Assembly (NCBI GenBank): GCA_963790025.1
Contig: CAWBMP010000005.1
Location: 384,001 to 448,000, forward strand
Direction of reading: 5' to 3'
Origin: Nitrospirota bacterium
Lineage (GTDB): Bacteria; Nitrospirota; Thermodesulfovibrionia; Thermodesulfovibrionales; Dissulfurispiraceae
Length of the DNA: 64,000 bases
Positions 50,927-61,648 of the stretch are shown piece by piece. Made by a program: the position numbers and the translations under genes. Below the pieces are notes generated by a model. The model made no database searches and had not been told where the DNA came from. It saw only the letters and a program-made list of their open reading frames with translations. How positions within the stretch are numbered: position 1 is the first letter of the stretch; every line of letters starts with the position of its first letter.

Positions 50927-52735
50927 TCAGGCCCGCTCAGGTCTCGGCCTCTTCTGTGCTTCCAAAAACTTTTTCCTCAGCCTGACTGATGTGGGGGTCA
51001 CTTCCACCAGTTCGTCTTCTTTTATGAACTCCAGTGCCTGTTCGAGATTCAGTACACGGGGAGGGATCAGTTGTATGGTGTCATCGGCACTCGCTGCACG
51101 CATGTTCGTCATTTTTTTCTCTTTTGTGACGTTGACATCCAGATCGGCTTCGCGGGCATTCTCTCCTATAAGCATCCCTTCATATACCTGGGTGTTTTCC
51201 GTGATGAAGAGCGTTCCCCTGGGCTGCAGATGAAAGAGGGCATAAGTAGTAGATTTACCGGCCCTGTCCGCAACGAGGGCGCCGGATTGCCTTTTTGAAA
51301 GATGTCCGTGCCATGGTTCATACCCATCGAAGAGGTGGTTCAGGAGGCCTGTCCCTTTCGTGTCGGTGAGGAACTGTGATCTGAAACCTATCAGGCCCCT
51401 GGAGGGTATCCTGAATTCCAGCCGTGCCCTGCCGTGGCCGTTGTTTTGCATCTTATGCATTCTCCCTTTTCTCATGCCCAACTGCTGCGTAACGACGCCC
51501 ACATATTCTTCTGGTACATCGATAACCAGCAATTCCATGGGTTCGTTCAGTACGCCCTTGATCGTTTTAGTTATTGTTTCCGGCATGGATACGGAAAGCT
51601 CGTAACCTTCACGCCGCATCATTTCGATAAGGATGGCAAGCTGTAATTCGCCGCGTCCCATGACATTGAAGGAATCGGTCGCATCGAAATCCACCTTTAT
51701 CGCTACATTATAGAGCAGTTCTTTCTCGAGCCGCTCCCTGAGATTCCGGGACGTGACGTATTTGCCGTCCCTTCCGGCGAAAGGTGAGGTGTTCACCGAG
51801 AAGACCATGGATATGGTGGGCTCGTCAACAGTTATTCTCGGCAGCGGCTTCGGGTCTTCGATGTTTGTAATGGTATCGCCGATATTGATTCCTTCTATGC
51901 CGGCAAGGGCCACGATCTCGCCTGCTGATGCCTCTTTTGCCTCACTGCGCTCAAGGCCCTGGAAGGTATAAAGCGAGGTCACCTTGGTCTTGATTACCTC
52001 ACCGCTGCTGTTTACCATCGCGACAAGATCGCCGACCTTTACGGTGCCTGAGAAGACGCGCGCGATAGCGAGCCTTCCGACGTAATCATTGTAATCTATG
52101 TTGGTGACAAGGAGCTGTAAAACACCTTGAGGATCGCCTTTAGGCGCTGGGATTGTCCTGAGAATAAGATCAAAGAGCGGCTTGAGATTTTCTGCTTCGC
52201 CGCTGCCGTCCATCTGGGCAGTGCCTTTCCTGGCGTTTGTATAGACTATGGGAAATTCAAGCTGAGCTTCGGTTGCATCGAGATCGATAAAAAGGTCGTA
52301 CACCTCATTGAGCACTTCCTGTATCCTGGCATCGGGCCGGTCGATCTTATTGATTACAAGTATCGGAGGCAGATTGAGTTCGAGTGCCTTCTTAAGAACA
52401 AAGCGGGTCTGCGGAAGCGGTCCTTCAGAGGCGTCGACCAGCAGCAGCACCCCATCCACCATCTTGAGCGTCCTTTCGACTTCACCTCCGAAATCCGCAT
52501 GGCCGGGCGTATCGACAATATTTATTTTTGTACCGTTATATGCCACGGCGGTATTTTTTGCCATAATGGTGATGCCGCGTTCCCGTTCGAGATCGATATT
52601 GTCCATGACTCTTTCCTGCACTCTCTCATTGTCCCGCCATGTCCCTGCCTGCCTGAGCAAGCCGTCGACAAGGGTTGTCTTGCCGTGGTCAACATGTGCA
52701 ATTATCGCGATATTTCTTAGGTTATTCTGTTCCAT
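50927..52735 (-). CDS. typA: Translational GTPase TypA/BipA
   Basis: [48 protein letters not shown]. Confidence 0.98.
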   Translation of the reverse strand: MEQNNLRNIAIIAHVDHGKTTLVDGLLRQAGTWRDNERVQERVMDNIDLERERGITIMAKNTAVAYNGTKINIVDTPGHADFGGEVERTLKMVDGVLLLVDASEGPLPQTRFVLKKALELNLPPILVINKIDRPDARIQEVLNEVYDLFIDLDATEAQLEFPIVYTNARKGTAQMDGSGEAENLKPLFDLILRTIPAPKGDPQGVLQLLVTNIDYNDYVGRLAIARVFSGTVKVGDLVAMVNSSGEVIKTKVTSLYTFQGLERSEAKEASAGEIVALAGIEGINIGDTITNIEDPKPLPRITVDEPTISMVFSVNTSPFAGRDGKYVTSRNLRERLEKELLYNVAIKVDFDATDSFNVMGRGELQLAILIEMMRREGYELSVSMPETITKTIKGVLNEPMELLVIDVPEEYVGVVTQQLGMRKGRMHKMQNNGHGRARLEFRIPSRGLIGFRSQFLTDTKGTGLLNHLFDGYEPWHGHLSKRQSGALVADRAGKSTTYALFHLQPRGTLFITENTQVYEGMLIGENAREADLDVNVTKEKKMTNMRAASADDTIQLIPPRVLNLEQALEFIKEDELVEVTPTSVRLRKKFLEAQKRPRPERA

Positions 52736-52882
52736 TGATTTAGTGTCCCCCGGTCAACTTCACTTTATTTGTCACCAGCGCGGATAACGATTATGTCGCC
52801 TTATTAATCAACTCATTAGTAAATGCTGAGAGAAAAAAATCCGGCGGGCTTGGAAACATGCTACTGGACTATTATACTCTAT

Positions 52883-53680
52883 TTACTGTCTAAAATACCA
52901 TTGCAGTATGACCTCTCCATAAAACAACGTCACGAGCGCACCAAGCGCCAGGAACGGTCCGAAGGGTATTTTTGACTTCCTGCCTTTTCCTTTTGCGACT
53001 ATAAGAAAAATGCCGGCCAGAGAGCCGGTTACACTGCCGACAAACGTGGTAAGGAGGACCGCCTTCCATCCCATGAAGGCGCCGACCATAGTCATCAGTT
53101 TGATGTCGCCGCCTCCCAATGCATCCGTTCCTGACATTAGCCGTCCCAAGTTGGCGATAAGATAGAACAGACCCCCCCCGAGCAGGAGGCCGGCAAGAGA
53201 ATTTGTAACCCCGACTATTTCATGTCCCGCATCTCCTGCCAGGAACGGGTCCGGAAACAGAAAAGATGCCGACACAAGACCAATGACAATGCCTGGAAGG
53301 GTCAGGGCATCGGGGATGATCTGGAAATCGAGGTCGATAAACGTTATGACGACAAGGGCAGAAACGAGCATGCATATGAGAAGCGTATGCATGCCCATGC
53401 CGAAGGAAGTGACAACCGTCAAGTATAAAAAACCATTGAGCAGTTCGACCAGCGGATAACGGAACGAAATGGGTCCTCCGCAATTTCTGCATTTGCCTTG
53501 CAGTACAATAAAGCTTATGACAGGGACATTATGCCAGGGCTTGATCGACTCATGACAGCGTGGACATGCGGAGGGGGGGCTCACGATCGACAGCGACCTG
53601 GGAAGCCGGTAGATGCATACGTTGAGGAAAGACCCGACGATGAGACCGATGATAAAAGAAATAATTTGTATGTAGCTCAT
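52883..53680 (-). CDS. pilD: Prepilin peptidase/N-methyltransferase (A24)
   Basis: GSFLNVCIYRLP, two CxxC motifs, IDL, GGGDIKL, IPFGPFL. Confidence 0.95.
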   Translation of the reverse strand: MSYIQIISFIIGLIVGSFLNVCIYRLPRSLSIVSPPSACPRCHESIKPWHNVPVISFIVLQGKCRNCGGPISFRYPLVELLNGFLYLTVVTSFGMGMHTLLICMLVSALVVITFIDLDFQIIPDALTLPGIVIGLVSASFLFPDPFLAGDAGHEIVGVTNSLAGLLLGGGLFYLIANLGRLMSGTDALGGGDIKLMTMVGAFMGWKAVLLTTFVGSVTGSLAGIFLIVAKGKGRKSKIPFGPFLALGALVTLFYGEVILQWYFRQ

Positions 53681-53988
53681 GTGTTGAGCTTGTTCAGTTC
53701 GGCAACCTTTTCCATAGCTTCCTTGATTTCGAGTTCCAGCAATTCAACGGACCTGATCGCGGCCATGATCTCTTTGCCGCCGTAAACGTTCTTATCATTG
53801 CCCCTCATTTCGTAGACTTCCTCGCCGATCTGCCGCAGCAGTTCGTCTCTTTTTTTCTTCAATTCCTCGGACTTGTAGAGGAGCTTGAAAATGGTTATTT
53901 CGATCTTCATCCTTTCTGACAGAAGTTCGGAAAACCACTTCACTTTTTTTATGCCGTTTTCGAAATCTTCTTTAATCCTGCTTAACAT
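53677..53988 (-). CDS. Hypothetical coiled-coil protein
   Basis: 103-aa charged helical ORF; its stop overlaps the pilD start. Confidence 0.7.
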   Translation of the reverse strand: MLSRIKEDFENGIKKVKWFSELLSERMKIEITIFKLLYKSEELKKKRDELLRQIGEEVYEMRGNDKNVYGGKEIMAAIRSVELLELEIKEAMEKVAELNKLNT

Positions 53989-54132
53989 AACGCCTCAGAC
54001 ATCATTTTACCATAGTCAGCGGTCGGAGGTCAGATATCTGTATCCCTGTCCAGCCCCTGACCTTGACGATGTCATTGCATTATGCTAAGTATTATATTAG
54101 TTATGCTGAAATGTACTTTTCTGCCATCATTT

Positions 54133-55719
54133 ATGAAGACCGGGCCATCAGACTCTAAACTTGAGGAGAAGAGATCTTGCGGAGATTTTTTATTCCTGCT
54201 GCATTTTCTTCCGATATTCATGGTCCTTCTCGGCGCTGCATCCCCGGCCTGGGCCGTTGTCCAGGACAATACATTTGGAGCCAAAAACTTCTGGACTACG
54301 GAAAGGGTTGCCGCTTTTACGGCGTCACTATTGTTTATGACTGTCTGCATCATGATTTTGTGGCGATATCGGTCTTTACTCAAACTTAATCGGGAACTGA
54401 GAAGAAACATTGCCGAGCGCAAACAGGCAGAGGAGAAAATCTCCGAGCAGCGTGTGATCCTGGAACATATTTTGGAACAGTCTCTTGCCGGTTACTGGGA
54501 CTGGCGCAAGAAGGAGGGAATGGAATATTTCAGTCCTACATTCAAGAAAATGTTGGGTTATGAAGACCATGAACTGTCCAATATACCTGAAACATGGAGA
54601 AGGCTTATATTACCTGAAGATCTGCCCGGAGTTCATGAAGTATTCCGCAAGCATGTCGAAAGTCACGGAGTGGATCCTTTTTACAATGAGGTGAAATACC
54701 GGCATAAAAACGGTTCTGTAGTATGGGTCATATGTACCGGCACCGTCGTAGAATGGGATGAAGACGGACAACCGCTGCGAATGATAGGCTGTCATGTTGA
54801 TATAACCAGGCGCAAGAATCTCGAGGCGGAAATACAAAAGGCCCATGACGAATTGGAGCGTCGTGTAGGGGAGCGCACCCAGGAATTATCAGAACTGAAT
54901 GCTCAATTAAAAACAGAAATAGAGGTTCGCAGGCTTATGGAGGATGCGCTGTTGAGGTCTCATGAGGAACTGGAAAGAAGAGTTCAGGAGCGGACTTCTG
55001 AGCTTGCGGAAGCTAATATAATATTGGAAGATGAAATTGAGCATCGACGTCAGGCTGATGCGGCATTGACATTGAATCAAGTGCGCTTGCGGAACCTTTA
55101 TTTAAATCTGCAGTCCATGAGGGAGGAAGAACGGGCCAACATAGCCCGCGAAATACATGATGAACTAGGACAGATTATGACAGCAATAAAGATGGATATA
55201 GCATGGATCAAAGGAAAATATTGCGATCACGAATCTATTTGTAAAAAGACATCGGCAACTTTAAATCTCATTGATGCAACAATAAAATCGGTCAGGAGGA
55301 TATGCACGGAACTGAGGCCGGAAATACTGGACCATATGGGACTCGGTGCAGCAATTGAGTGGCAGGCCGAAGAATTCCAAAACCGGACCGGGATCCAATG
55401 CGAAGTCGCCGTGGAAGATGACCTTGCGATGGACAATGATCGCTCCACTGCTCTGTTCAGGATTTTTCAGGAGGCGCTGACAAATATCCTGCGCCATTCA
55501 AATGCTACAAAAATGACGGCAAGCCTGAAAAGCGGCGATGATAAAGTAATACTTCAAATCAGTGATAACGGCTCCGGAATTACCGAAGAGGAGATTTCAA
55601 AACCAGATTCATTCGGGCTTTTAGGCATGCATGAACGCGTCTTTCCATGGAGAGGAAGCGTAATTATCAGCGGCAGTCCAAACAAAGGCACCAGAATCGA
55701 AGTAACAATGCCAGTCTAA
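54133..55719 (+). CDS. PAS-domain sensor histidine kinase (HisKA_3, NarX/UhpB-like); true start may be TTG 54177 across a frameshift
   Basis: TM, PAS (GYWDW...DIT), coiled coils, IAREIHDELGQ, QEALTNILRHS, DNGSG, GLLGM.ER. Confidence 0.92.
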   Translation: MKTGPSDSKLEEKRSCGDFLFLLHFLPIFMVLLGAASPAWAVVQDNTFGAKNFWTTERVAAFTASLLFMTVCIMILWRYRSLLKLNRELRRNIAERKQAEEKISEQRVILEHILEQSLAGYWDWRKKEGMEYFSPTFKKMLGYEDHELSNIPETWRRLILPEDLPGVHEVFRKHVESHGVDPFYNEVKYRHKNGSVVWVICTGTVVEWDEDGQPLRMIGCHVDITRRKNLEAEIQKAHDELERRVGERTQELSELNAQLKTEIEVRRLMEDALLRSHEELERRVQERTSELAEANIILEDEIEHRRQADAALTLNQVRLRNLYLNLQSMREEERANIAREIHDELGQIMTAIKMDIAWIKGKYCDHESICKKTSATLNLIDATIKSVRRICTELRPEILDHMGLGAAIEWQAEEFQNRTGIQCEVAVEDDLAMDNDRSTALFRIFQEALTNILRHSNATKMTASLKSGDDKVILQISDNGSGITEEEISKPDSFGLLGMHERVFPWRGSVIISGSPNKGTRIEVTMPV

Positions 55720-55806
55720 AGATAGGTAAAGATATAGGTTAAGAAAACTAATAGAGGCTTTGTTTAAACCTTCCTTTACCTCTGCCTATACCTTTACCTG
55801 TTTTAC
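55717..55806. repeat. Hexamer-based palindromic element between convergent genes
   Basis: taaagataggtaaagatataggtt / cctttacctctgcctatacctttacctgttttac. Confidence 0.7.
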
Positions 55807-56277
55807 TTGGTAGTACTCTAACCAGGTGGACTTAGGCGATTCCGGATTCTCTTTCAATACTACCAGAGCTCCCTCCCTCTCTTGAGGATACGCCTTTCCC
55901 CAACCCGAGAAATTATTTGAAAGCATTTCGAGGCTTAATAGAACGGCGGCAAGAAACTTCCATCCATCCTTTTCGCGAACAGATATAATTCTGTCCGCAA
56001 GAAATATCAGGCCTATTGCTGAAAGGGTCCACCAGGGAATTAAAAAGGAAAGGCAAACGACACCGATGCTCGCCAAAAAACAGAATTTCCGGATTTTAAA
56101 ATACCGGTTAGTAATGTTTAGAACTGCAGAAGCTTCCGGGACCAACCTGATAGCATTTAAGTTATCATCTGTTGCGATTTTTACAGAAAGATTGCTAAAG
56201 CCATGTTTTCTGTGAAATTGCTTGACAACGTCAGTGCAAATGCTGAAAAGCTCGGCCGGTATAAAACCTATTTTCAT
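55786..56277 (-). CDS. Hypothetical membrane protein
   Basis: ORF with a hydrophobic hairpin; SD GGAGGGG before ATG 56277. Confidence 0.6.
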   Translation of the reverse strand: MKIGFIPAELFSICTDVVKQFHRKHGFSNLSVKIATDDNLNAIRLVPEASAVLNITNRYFKIRKFCFLASIGVVCLSFLIPWWTLSAIGLIFLADRIISVREKDGWKFLAAVLLSLEMLSNNFSGWGKAYPQEREGALVVLKENPESPKSTWLEYYQVKQVKV

Positions 56278-56419
56278 TGCCCCTCCCATCCTCACCTTCT
56301 CCCTTTTGCAGCGTTTAAACCTATTACTGTACTATAATAAGATTATATTAATAATACAACCCATTCTATGTCTTTGCCTTTGACGTTGAACGCTGTAAGA
56401 TGAACGCTATAACGAGTTT

Positions 56420-58546
56420 TTATCCTGTCTTAAAGAGTTCCAGTTTCCTTCCCCAGAAGTCTTCGATAGAGCGCCTTAGCTTTGGATATTGCCGAAGCTC
56501 CGGGTCTTTTTCGATAAGTGCGAAGGCCGCCTTGCGTGCCGTTTCAAGCAGCTTTGCATCTCTCACAATATTCGCAACTTTCAGATCCGGCAGTCCAGAC
56601 TGTTTTGTGCCGAAAAACTCGCCCGGACCTCTTATTGCAAGATCTTCCTCGGCTATTTTAAAACCATCGTTCGTACTGACCATTACCCCAAGCCTTCGCC
56701 TGGCATCTTCGGCCCCCCCGTAATGCAGGAGAACGCAGTGCGACTGGCTGCCGCCCCTGCCCACGCGTCCGCGAAGCTGGTGGAGTTGTGCAAGGCCGAA
56801 CCGCTCGGCATGTATAATCACCATGAGCGTAGCATTAGGCACATCGACCCCGACCTCTATTACTGTTGTTGAAACGAGTATCTGCAGCGGGCCGTTTTTA
56901 AACTCCCGCATCACTTCCTCCCTCTCTGCAGGCTTTATTCTTCCGTGGAGCAGTCCGACCCTGAACCGCGGGAACTTCACCTTTAACGCCTCCATACCTG
57001 TTATAGCGGCTTTAAGGTTTACTTTGTCCGATTCCTCTATGATGGGATAGACAATGTACACCTGTCTCCCTTCGGAGACCTCATCCTCTATGATCCGGTA
57101 GATATAGTCTTTCTGCTTTTCAGAAAGCTGCCGCGTAATGACAGGACTCCGGTTGGGCGGTAGTTCGTCGATGACCGAGTAGTCGAGGTCTCCGTAAAGG
57201 GTGAGAGCGAGGGTCCTGGGAATTGGCGTTGCAGTCATGATGAGAGTGTCGGGGTTGGCCCCTTTTTTTTTGAGTGTGGCCCGTTGCATGACACCAAAGC
57301 GGTGCTGTTCATCTATGACGATGAGCCCCAGTTTTTTGAAAGAGACGCCTTCCTGAATCAGTGCATGTGTGCCGACCACAATGTCGGCATCGCCCGATGA
57401 GATTGTCTGAATGTTTTTATTTTTTCTGCTTCCAGTCAGCAAATGGATTTTCAATCCGAGGTTTTCTACAAGCGTGTGAATATTCAAATAATGTTGTTCG
57501 GCGAGTATTTCCGTAGGCGCCATAAGTGCCGCCTGGTAGCCGGACTCGACTGCGGCAAGCATTGACAGGAGTGCCACGATAGTTTTGCCGGAGCCCACGT
57601 CGCCCTGAATGAGACGGTTCATAGGGGCCGCCGATCTCATATCATTCATTATGTCGCCCAAAACGCGTTCCTGGGCCCCGGTGAGCTTGAAAGGCAAAGC
57701 GGCGAGCAAACGCTCCGTCAGTTTTCCATCCGGAAGGAATGCAATGCCCTTTCTGAGGACCTCCCCCTTTTTTATGATTGCAAGACCGGCCTGGAATGTA
57801 AAAAGTTCATCAAAGGAAAGGCGCTGATGGTAAGGACTGGCGCCGCTGTTAAGCATATCGAGGGACACCTGAGGAACAGGAAAATGGATGTTTGATATAC
57901 TCTCGCTGAGGCCGGGCAAATCGAGCGGGGCAATAATTTCCTGCGGGATAGTGTCCGGTATGGACGATGCTGCGCCGTTCACCACAGCATACATGATGTT
58001 TCTCAGCTGTTTTTGTGAGAGGCCTTCAGTCAGACGGTAAACAGGGACGATACGTCCCGTATGTATTTGCTCGTCCGGCCGATCACTCAAATCGCTTTCG
58101 GGTTGAGTATTGAGCGCCTGGTCATCGATGATTTCATATTCCGGATTGGTCATCTCGAAACCAGAGCCCCAATAGTCCCGTTTGACCGTGCCGTACAAAA
58201 CGACTTCCTGCCCGGGCTTGAAAAGTTTTTTCAGGTATGCCTGGTTAAACCATTTCGCTTTTAAGACACCGCTGCCGTCGGTAATAACCAGTTCGAATAA
58301 ACGCAGGCGGGGTCTTCTGGGATTTGGAGTGATGATCTCTGCTCCGGCCACCTTACCGGCAACGGTATGCAACCGGTCCGGGGAAAGCTGGGCTATCTTG
58401 ATTAAAGTGCTTCGGTCCTCATAGCGGTAAGGCAGGTGAAATAGAGCATCTCTGATCGTGTTTATTCCGAGGCGTGCAAGAAGGCGGGCCCTTTGGGGGC
58501 CGACGCCTTTTACGTACTGTACCGGGGAAGCAGGATCATAACTCAT
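56420..58546 (-). CDS. recG: ATP-dependent DNA helicase RecG
   Basis: GVGP, QGDVGSGKT, DEQHRFG, MTATPIPRTL, QLHQLRGRVGR, RGPGE. Confidence 0.98.
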   Translation of the reverse strand: MSYDPASPVQYVKGVGPQRARLLARLGINTIRDALFHLPYRYEDRSTLIKIAQLSPDRLHTVAGKVAGAEIITPNPRRPRLRLFELVITDGSGVLKAKWFNQAYLKKLFKPGQEVVLYGTVKRDYWGSGFEMTNPEYEIIDDQALNTQPESDLSDRPDEQIHTGRIVPVYRLTEGLSQKQLRNIMYAVVNGAASSIPDTIPQEIIAPLDLPGLSESISNIHFPVPQVSLDMLNSGASPYHQRLSFDELFTFQAGLAIIKKGEVLRKGIAFLPDGKLTERLLAALPFKLTGAQERVLGDIMNDMRSAAPMNRLIQGDVGSGKTIVALLSMLAAVESGYQAALMAPTEILAEQHYLNIHTLVENLGLKIHLLTGSRKNKNIQTISSGDADIVVGTHALIQEGVSFKKLGLIVIDEQHRFGVMQRATLKKKGANPDTLIMTATPIPRTLALTLYGDLDYSVIDELPPNRSPVITRQLSEKQKDYIYRIIEDEVSEGRQVYIVYPIIEESDKVNLKAAITGMEALKVKFPRFRVGLLHGRIKPAEREEVMREFKNGPLQILVSTTVIEVGVDVPNATLMVIIHAERFGLAQLHQLRGRVGRGGSQSHCVLLHYGGAEDARRRLGVMVSTNDGFKIAEEDLAIRGPGEFFGTKQSGLPDLKVANIVRDAKLLETARKAAFALIEKDPELRQYPKLRRSIEDFWGRKLELFKTG

Positions 58547-59651
58547 TACTCTTCGCGTGCTTTGTCTCTAACAATGCTTTGTCGAGGGATTTGTCCGTTT
58601 CTTCCATTTTTATTTTTGCATATTCTGTTTCACTTAATATCTCTATTTCCCATCCAGTCAGTTTCGTGGCCAACTTTATGTTTTGCCCGCGCTTCCCTAT
58701 GGCCAGCGATAATTGCTGGTCATCAGCTATGACCATTGCCGTTTTCTCATCGTCATTTATGCCGACCCTGTCAACCGTTGCGGGCGTGAGCGCCCTTGCG
58801 ATGAATATGCGGGGGTCCTCGCTCCAGGGAATAATATCGATCCTCTCCCCCCTCAGTTCCCTCACGATCGATTGCACCCTTGTTCCCTTCATCCCCACGC
58901 AGGCACCGACGGCGTCTATTGAGGTGTCTTTGGAAAACACCGCTATCTTCGTCCTCTCTCCCGGCTCCCTGGCTATGCCCTTTACCACAACGACCCCGTC
59001 GTTTATTTCAGGGACCTCCATTTTAAAAAGGCCCACAATGAAGTTTGGATCGGTTCTGGAAAGCATTATTGCAGGACCTTTAGCACTCTGGCGCACTTCT
59101 GAGAGGTAGGCTTTCACCATATCTCCTCTTTTCAGGGTCTCTGTGGGCAATGCCTCCCGTTGGAGCATGACAGCCTCTGCCTTTCCGAGACTGATGAAGT
59201 AAACGTTTTTTTCCTTTCTTAATACCGTGCCGCTGATGATTTGCCCGGCCTTATCTTTGAATTCCTCAAAAATAATGTCGCGTTCGGCCTCCCTCACTCT
59301 TTGAAACAGCACCTGCTTTGCGGTCTGGGCCGCTATCCTCCCAAAATCCTGGAGTTGGATCGGCATTTCAATCTCATCTCCCATTTTTGAATCAGGAAAT
59401 GTCTTCAAAGCCTCATCCAGGGTGATCTCTTCATCTCTGTTCGTGACAACTTCGGACACTCTTTTGGTCTCATAAACCTGAATGTTGCAGGTTTTGGGAT
59501 CGATCCGCAGATTTATATTAGTTCTGCCGCCGTATTTCTTTCTGGCCGCTGACAGAAGCGCAGACTCAAGGACCTTGAGGAGTGCTTCACGGGAGATACC
59601 TTTCTCCCTGCTGATCTGATCTATTACAGAAGACAGTTCTTTTGTCATCAT
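58536..59651 (-). CDS. nusA: Transcription factor NusA (no acidic C-terminal repeats)
   Basis: FGRIAAQTAKQ, S1, AREPGERTKIAV, GACVG.KG.RV, AIGKRGQN. Confidence 0.97.
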   Translation of the reverse strand: MMTKELSSVIDQISREKGISREALLKVLESALLSAARKKYGGRTNINLRIDPKTCNIQVYETKRVSEVVTNRDEEITLDEALKTFPDSKMGDEIEMPIQLQDFGRIAAQTAKQVLFQRVREAERDIIFEEFKDKAGQIISGTVLRKEKNVYFISLGKAEAVMLQREALPTETLKRGDMVKAYLSEVRQSAKGPAIMLSRTDPNFIVGLFKMEVPEINDGVVVVKGIAREPGERTKIAVFSKDTSIDAVGACVGMKGTRVQSIVRELRGERIDIIPWSEDPRIFIARALTPATVDRVGINDDEKTAMVIADDQQLSLAIGKRGQNIKLATKLTGWEIEILSETEYAKIKMEETDKSLDKALLETKHAKSNEL

Positions 59652-59672
59652 GGCCGCTACCTCTCATTTTAT

Positions 59673-60170
59673 TTAAAAATCCTTTGGATTGCTTTTTTTC
59701 ATCTCAATTTCGAGCCGTGCCTTTGAGATCTTGTCGGAGGGAACAAAAATGTCCTTTCCCCCTCCTTTTGTCTCGATTTTTATCCTTACCCAGCCTTCGC
59801 CGACATCGACTATCCTTCCTATCAAAAAAGTCTGTTCATCTATTTTTTCTGTGGTAACAATCCTCGCCAGCTTGCCGATATTCTTCTCAAAATCCCTTTG
59901 CGTTACAAGGGGCCTGTCAAGACCAGGAGACGATACCTCCAGCACATACGACCCCTTTATCGGGTCCTCAACGTCCAGAAGCGCTTCAAGGCCCCTGCTC
60001 ATTCTCTCACAATCCCCTATAGTCACTCCCCCTGTCTTGTCCACTACTACTCTCAGCAGAAGCCGCCTGCCGCTGCCCAGCATATCGGTGCTGATAACTT
60101 CCAGTCCCTCGTCTTCAGCTACCTGACAAGCCAACAGGTGTACCTTATGTTTTATTGAACTCGTTTCCAT
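59673..60170 (-). CDS. rimP: Ribosome maturation factor RimP
   Basis: GGVTIGDC..S, Y.LEVSSPGLDRPL; directly upstream of nusA. Confidence 0.96.
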   Translation of the reverse strand: METSSIKHKVHLLACQVAEDEGLEVISTDMLGSGRRLLLRVVVDKTGGVTIGDCERMSRGLEALLDVEDPIKGSYVLEVSSPGLDRPLVTQRDFEKNIGKLARIVTTEKIDEQTFLIGRIVDVGEGWVRIKIETKGGGKDIFVPSDKISKARLEIEMKKSNPKDF

Positions 60171-60177
60171 ATCTCAC

Positions 60178-60207
60178 TAAAATAAAAGAGTGGGACTTCC
60201 CACTCTT
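60178..60207 (-). promoter_or_regulatory. rimP leader hairpin/attenuator
   Basis: AAGAGTGGG-aagt-CCCACTCTT followed by TTATTTT just before the rimP ATG. Confidence 0.72.
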
Positions 60208-60250
60208 AACGGGTACTTACATCTGCTGTAAATATAACAGTTTTTTCGAC

Positions 60251-60294
60251 AAAAAAGCAACACCATGAGGGCACTTGGCCCTCATGGTGTTTTT
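60251..60294. terminator. Terminator of the small lipoprotein gene (potentially bidirectional)
   Basis: AACACCATGAGGG / CCCTCATGGTGTT 13-bp stem with T runs on both strands. Confidence 0.8.
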
Positions 60295-60303
60295 ATAAGC
60301 AGG

Positions 60304-60519
<216 letters not shown>

Positions 60520-60877
60520 TTTTGTCACCTCCTTCCAAAATTCTTTGCATTCTTCTCAGCCAAACGTCTCAACCAAAAATTTACCAAAAATTGGGGTATT
60601 GCTATACCATCTCAATTATTAACATATACGCAGGTTCTTGTCAAGAACTAAAAAATCAGGAGTTCCCCCAATTTTTTTACGCGCTTGTCCGGAATAGCAA
60701 TTCCTGAGCATATTTTTTCCGGCTATCGCCGGGGTCTAATATGACAAGCGTATCTTTGCCAATTAAAGGGGCACTTTCCTCAGCAGATTCTTTTGTAGCC
60801 CTTCCCCTAACCCTCTCCGCATTGACTGCCGCGACAGTCGCTCCTGCTAAAAAATGGGCCCAACTGTTTTGATAATG

Positions 60878-61648
60878 CTATTTTCTCCTTTCGAAGACGT
60901 TTCCGGCTATCATGACAAAGACGATAGAAGCGGCAGCTATGACCGCTATATCGAGACCCAGGGGAAAATCATGCTCTATAAGCATGCTCCGGGCGAAGAT
61001 CATGTGTTTCAGCGCATCGATACCGTATGTCAAGGGGTTGATTCTCGTAAACAGGCCGAGTACATGAGGGAGCAATTTGACCGGATACATTGCGCCTGAT
61101 AAAAAAAACATGGGCATGACGATAAAATTCATAATGACGCTGAAACTTTCAAAACTTTCGTAAAAGCTGGCGATAAGAATGCCAAGTGACGACAGGCAGA
61201 AAGACAGCAGCATTGAAATGAACAGGACAAGCACAATTTGTACTATCCCGAGTTTGAGGCCCAGGATGGGGAAAAGCAGCACGATAAGGAGCGCCTGGAT
61301 GGTGGAGACCGCCATACCGCTGAGCGATTTTCCGACTACTATCGAAAACCTCGATACAGGCGCAGCAAGCATCTCTTTCATGAAACCGAATTCCTTGTCC
61401 CAAATTATGGATATTGAGGAGAAAATGGAACTGAAGAGAATGGTCATTCCGATAATGCCCGGGAAGATAAACTGCATATACGGGACACCCATAGTGGGCG
61501 AAACGACCCGGGACATGCCGCCGCCGACAAGAAAGAGCCATATCAACGGGCGGGCGAGCGTTGAAATCAGCCTGCCCCGCTCCCTCACAAATTTTATGAG
61601 TTCCCGTGCTACAACAACGTAAATGGCGTTAAGGTCAGCTTGTATCAT
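60878..61648 (-). CDS. ABC-2 type transporter permease
   Basis: PGIIGM..LF, DKEFGF.KE...APVSR, PMFFLSGA.YP, NPLTY. Confidence 0.93.
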   Translation of the reverse strand: MIQADLNAIYVVVARELIKFVRERGRLISTLARPLIWLFLVGGGMSRVVSPTMGVPYMQFIFPGIIGMTILFSSIFSSISIIWDKEFGFMKEMLAAPVSRFSIVVGKSLSGMAVSTIQALLIVLLFPILGLKLGIVQIVLVLFISMLLSFCLSSLGILIASFYESFESFSVIMNFIVMPMFFLSGAMYPVKLLPHVLGLFTRINPLTYGIDALKHMIFARSMLIEHDFPLGLDIAVIAAASIVFVMIAGNVFERRK

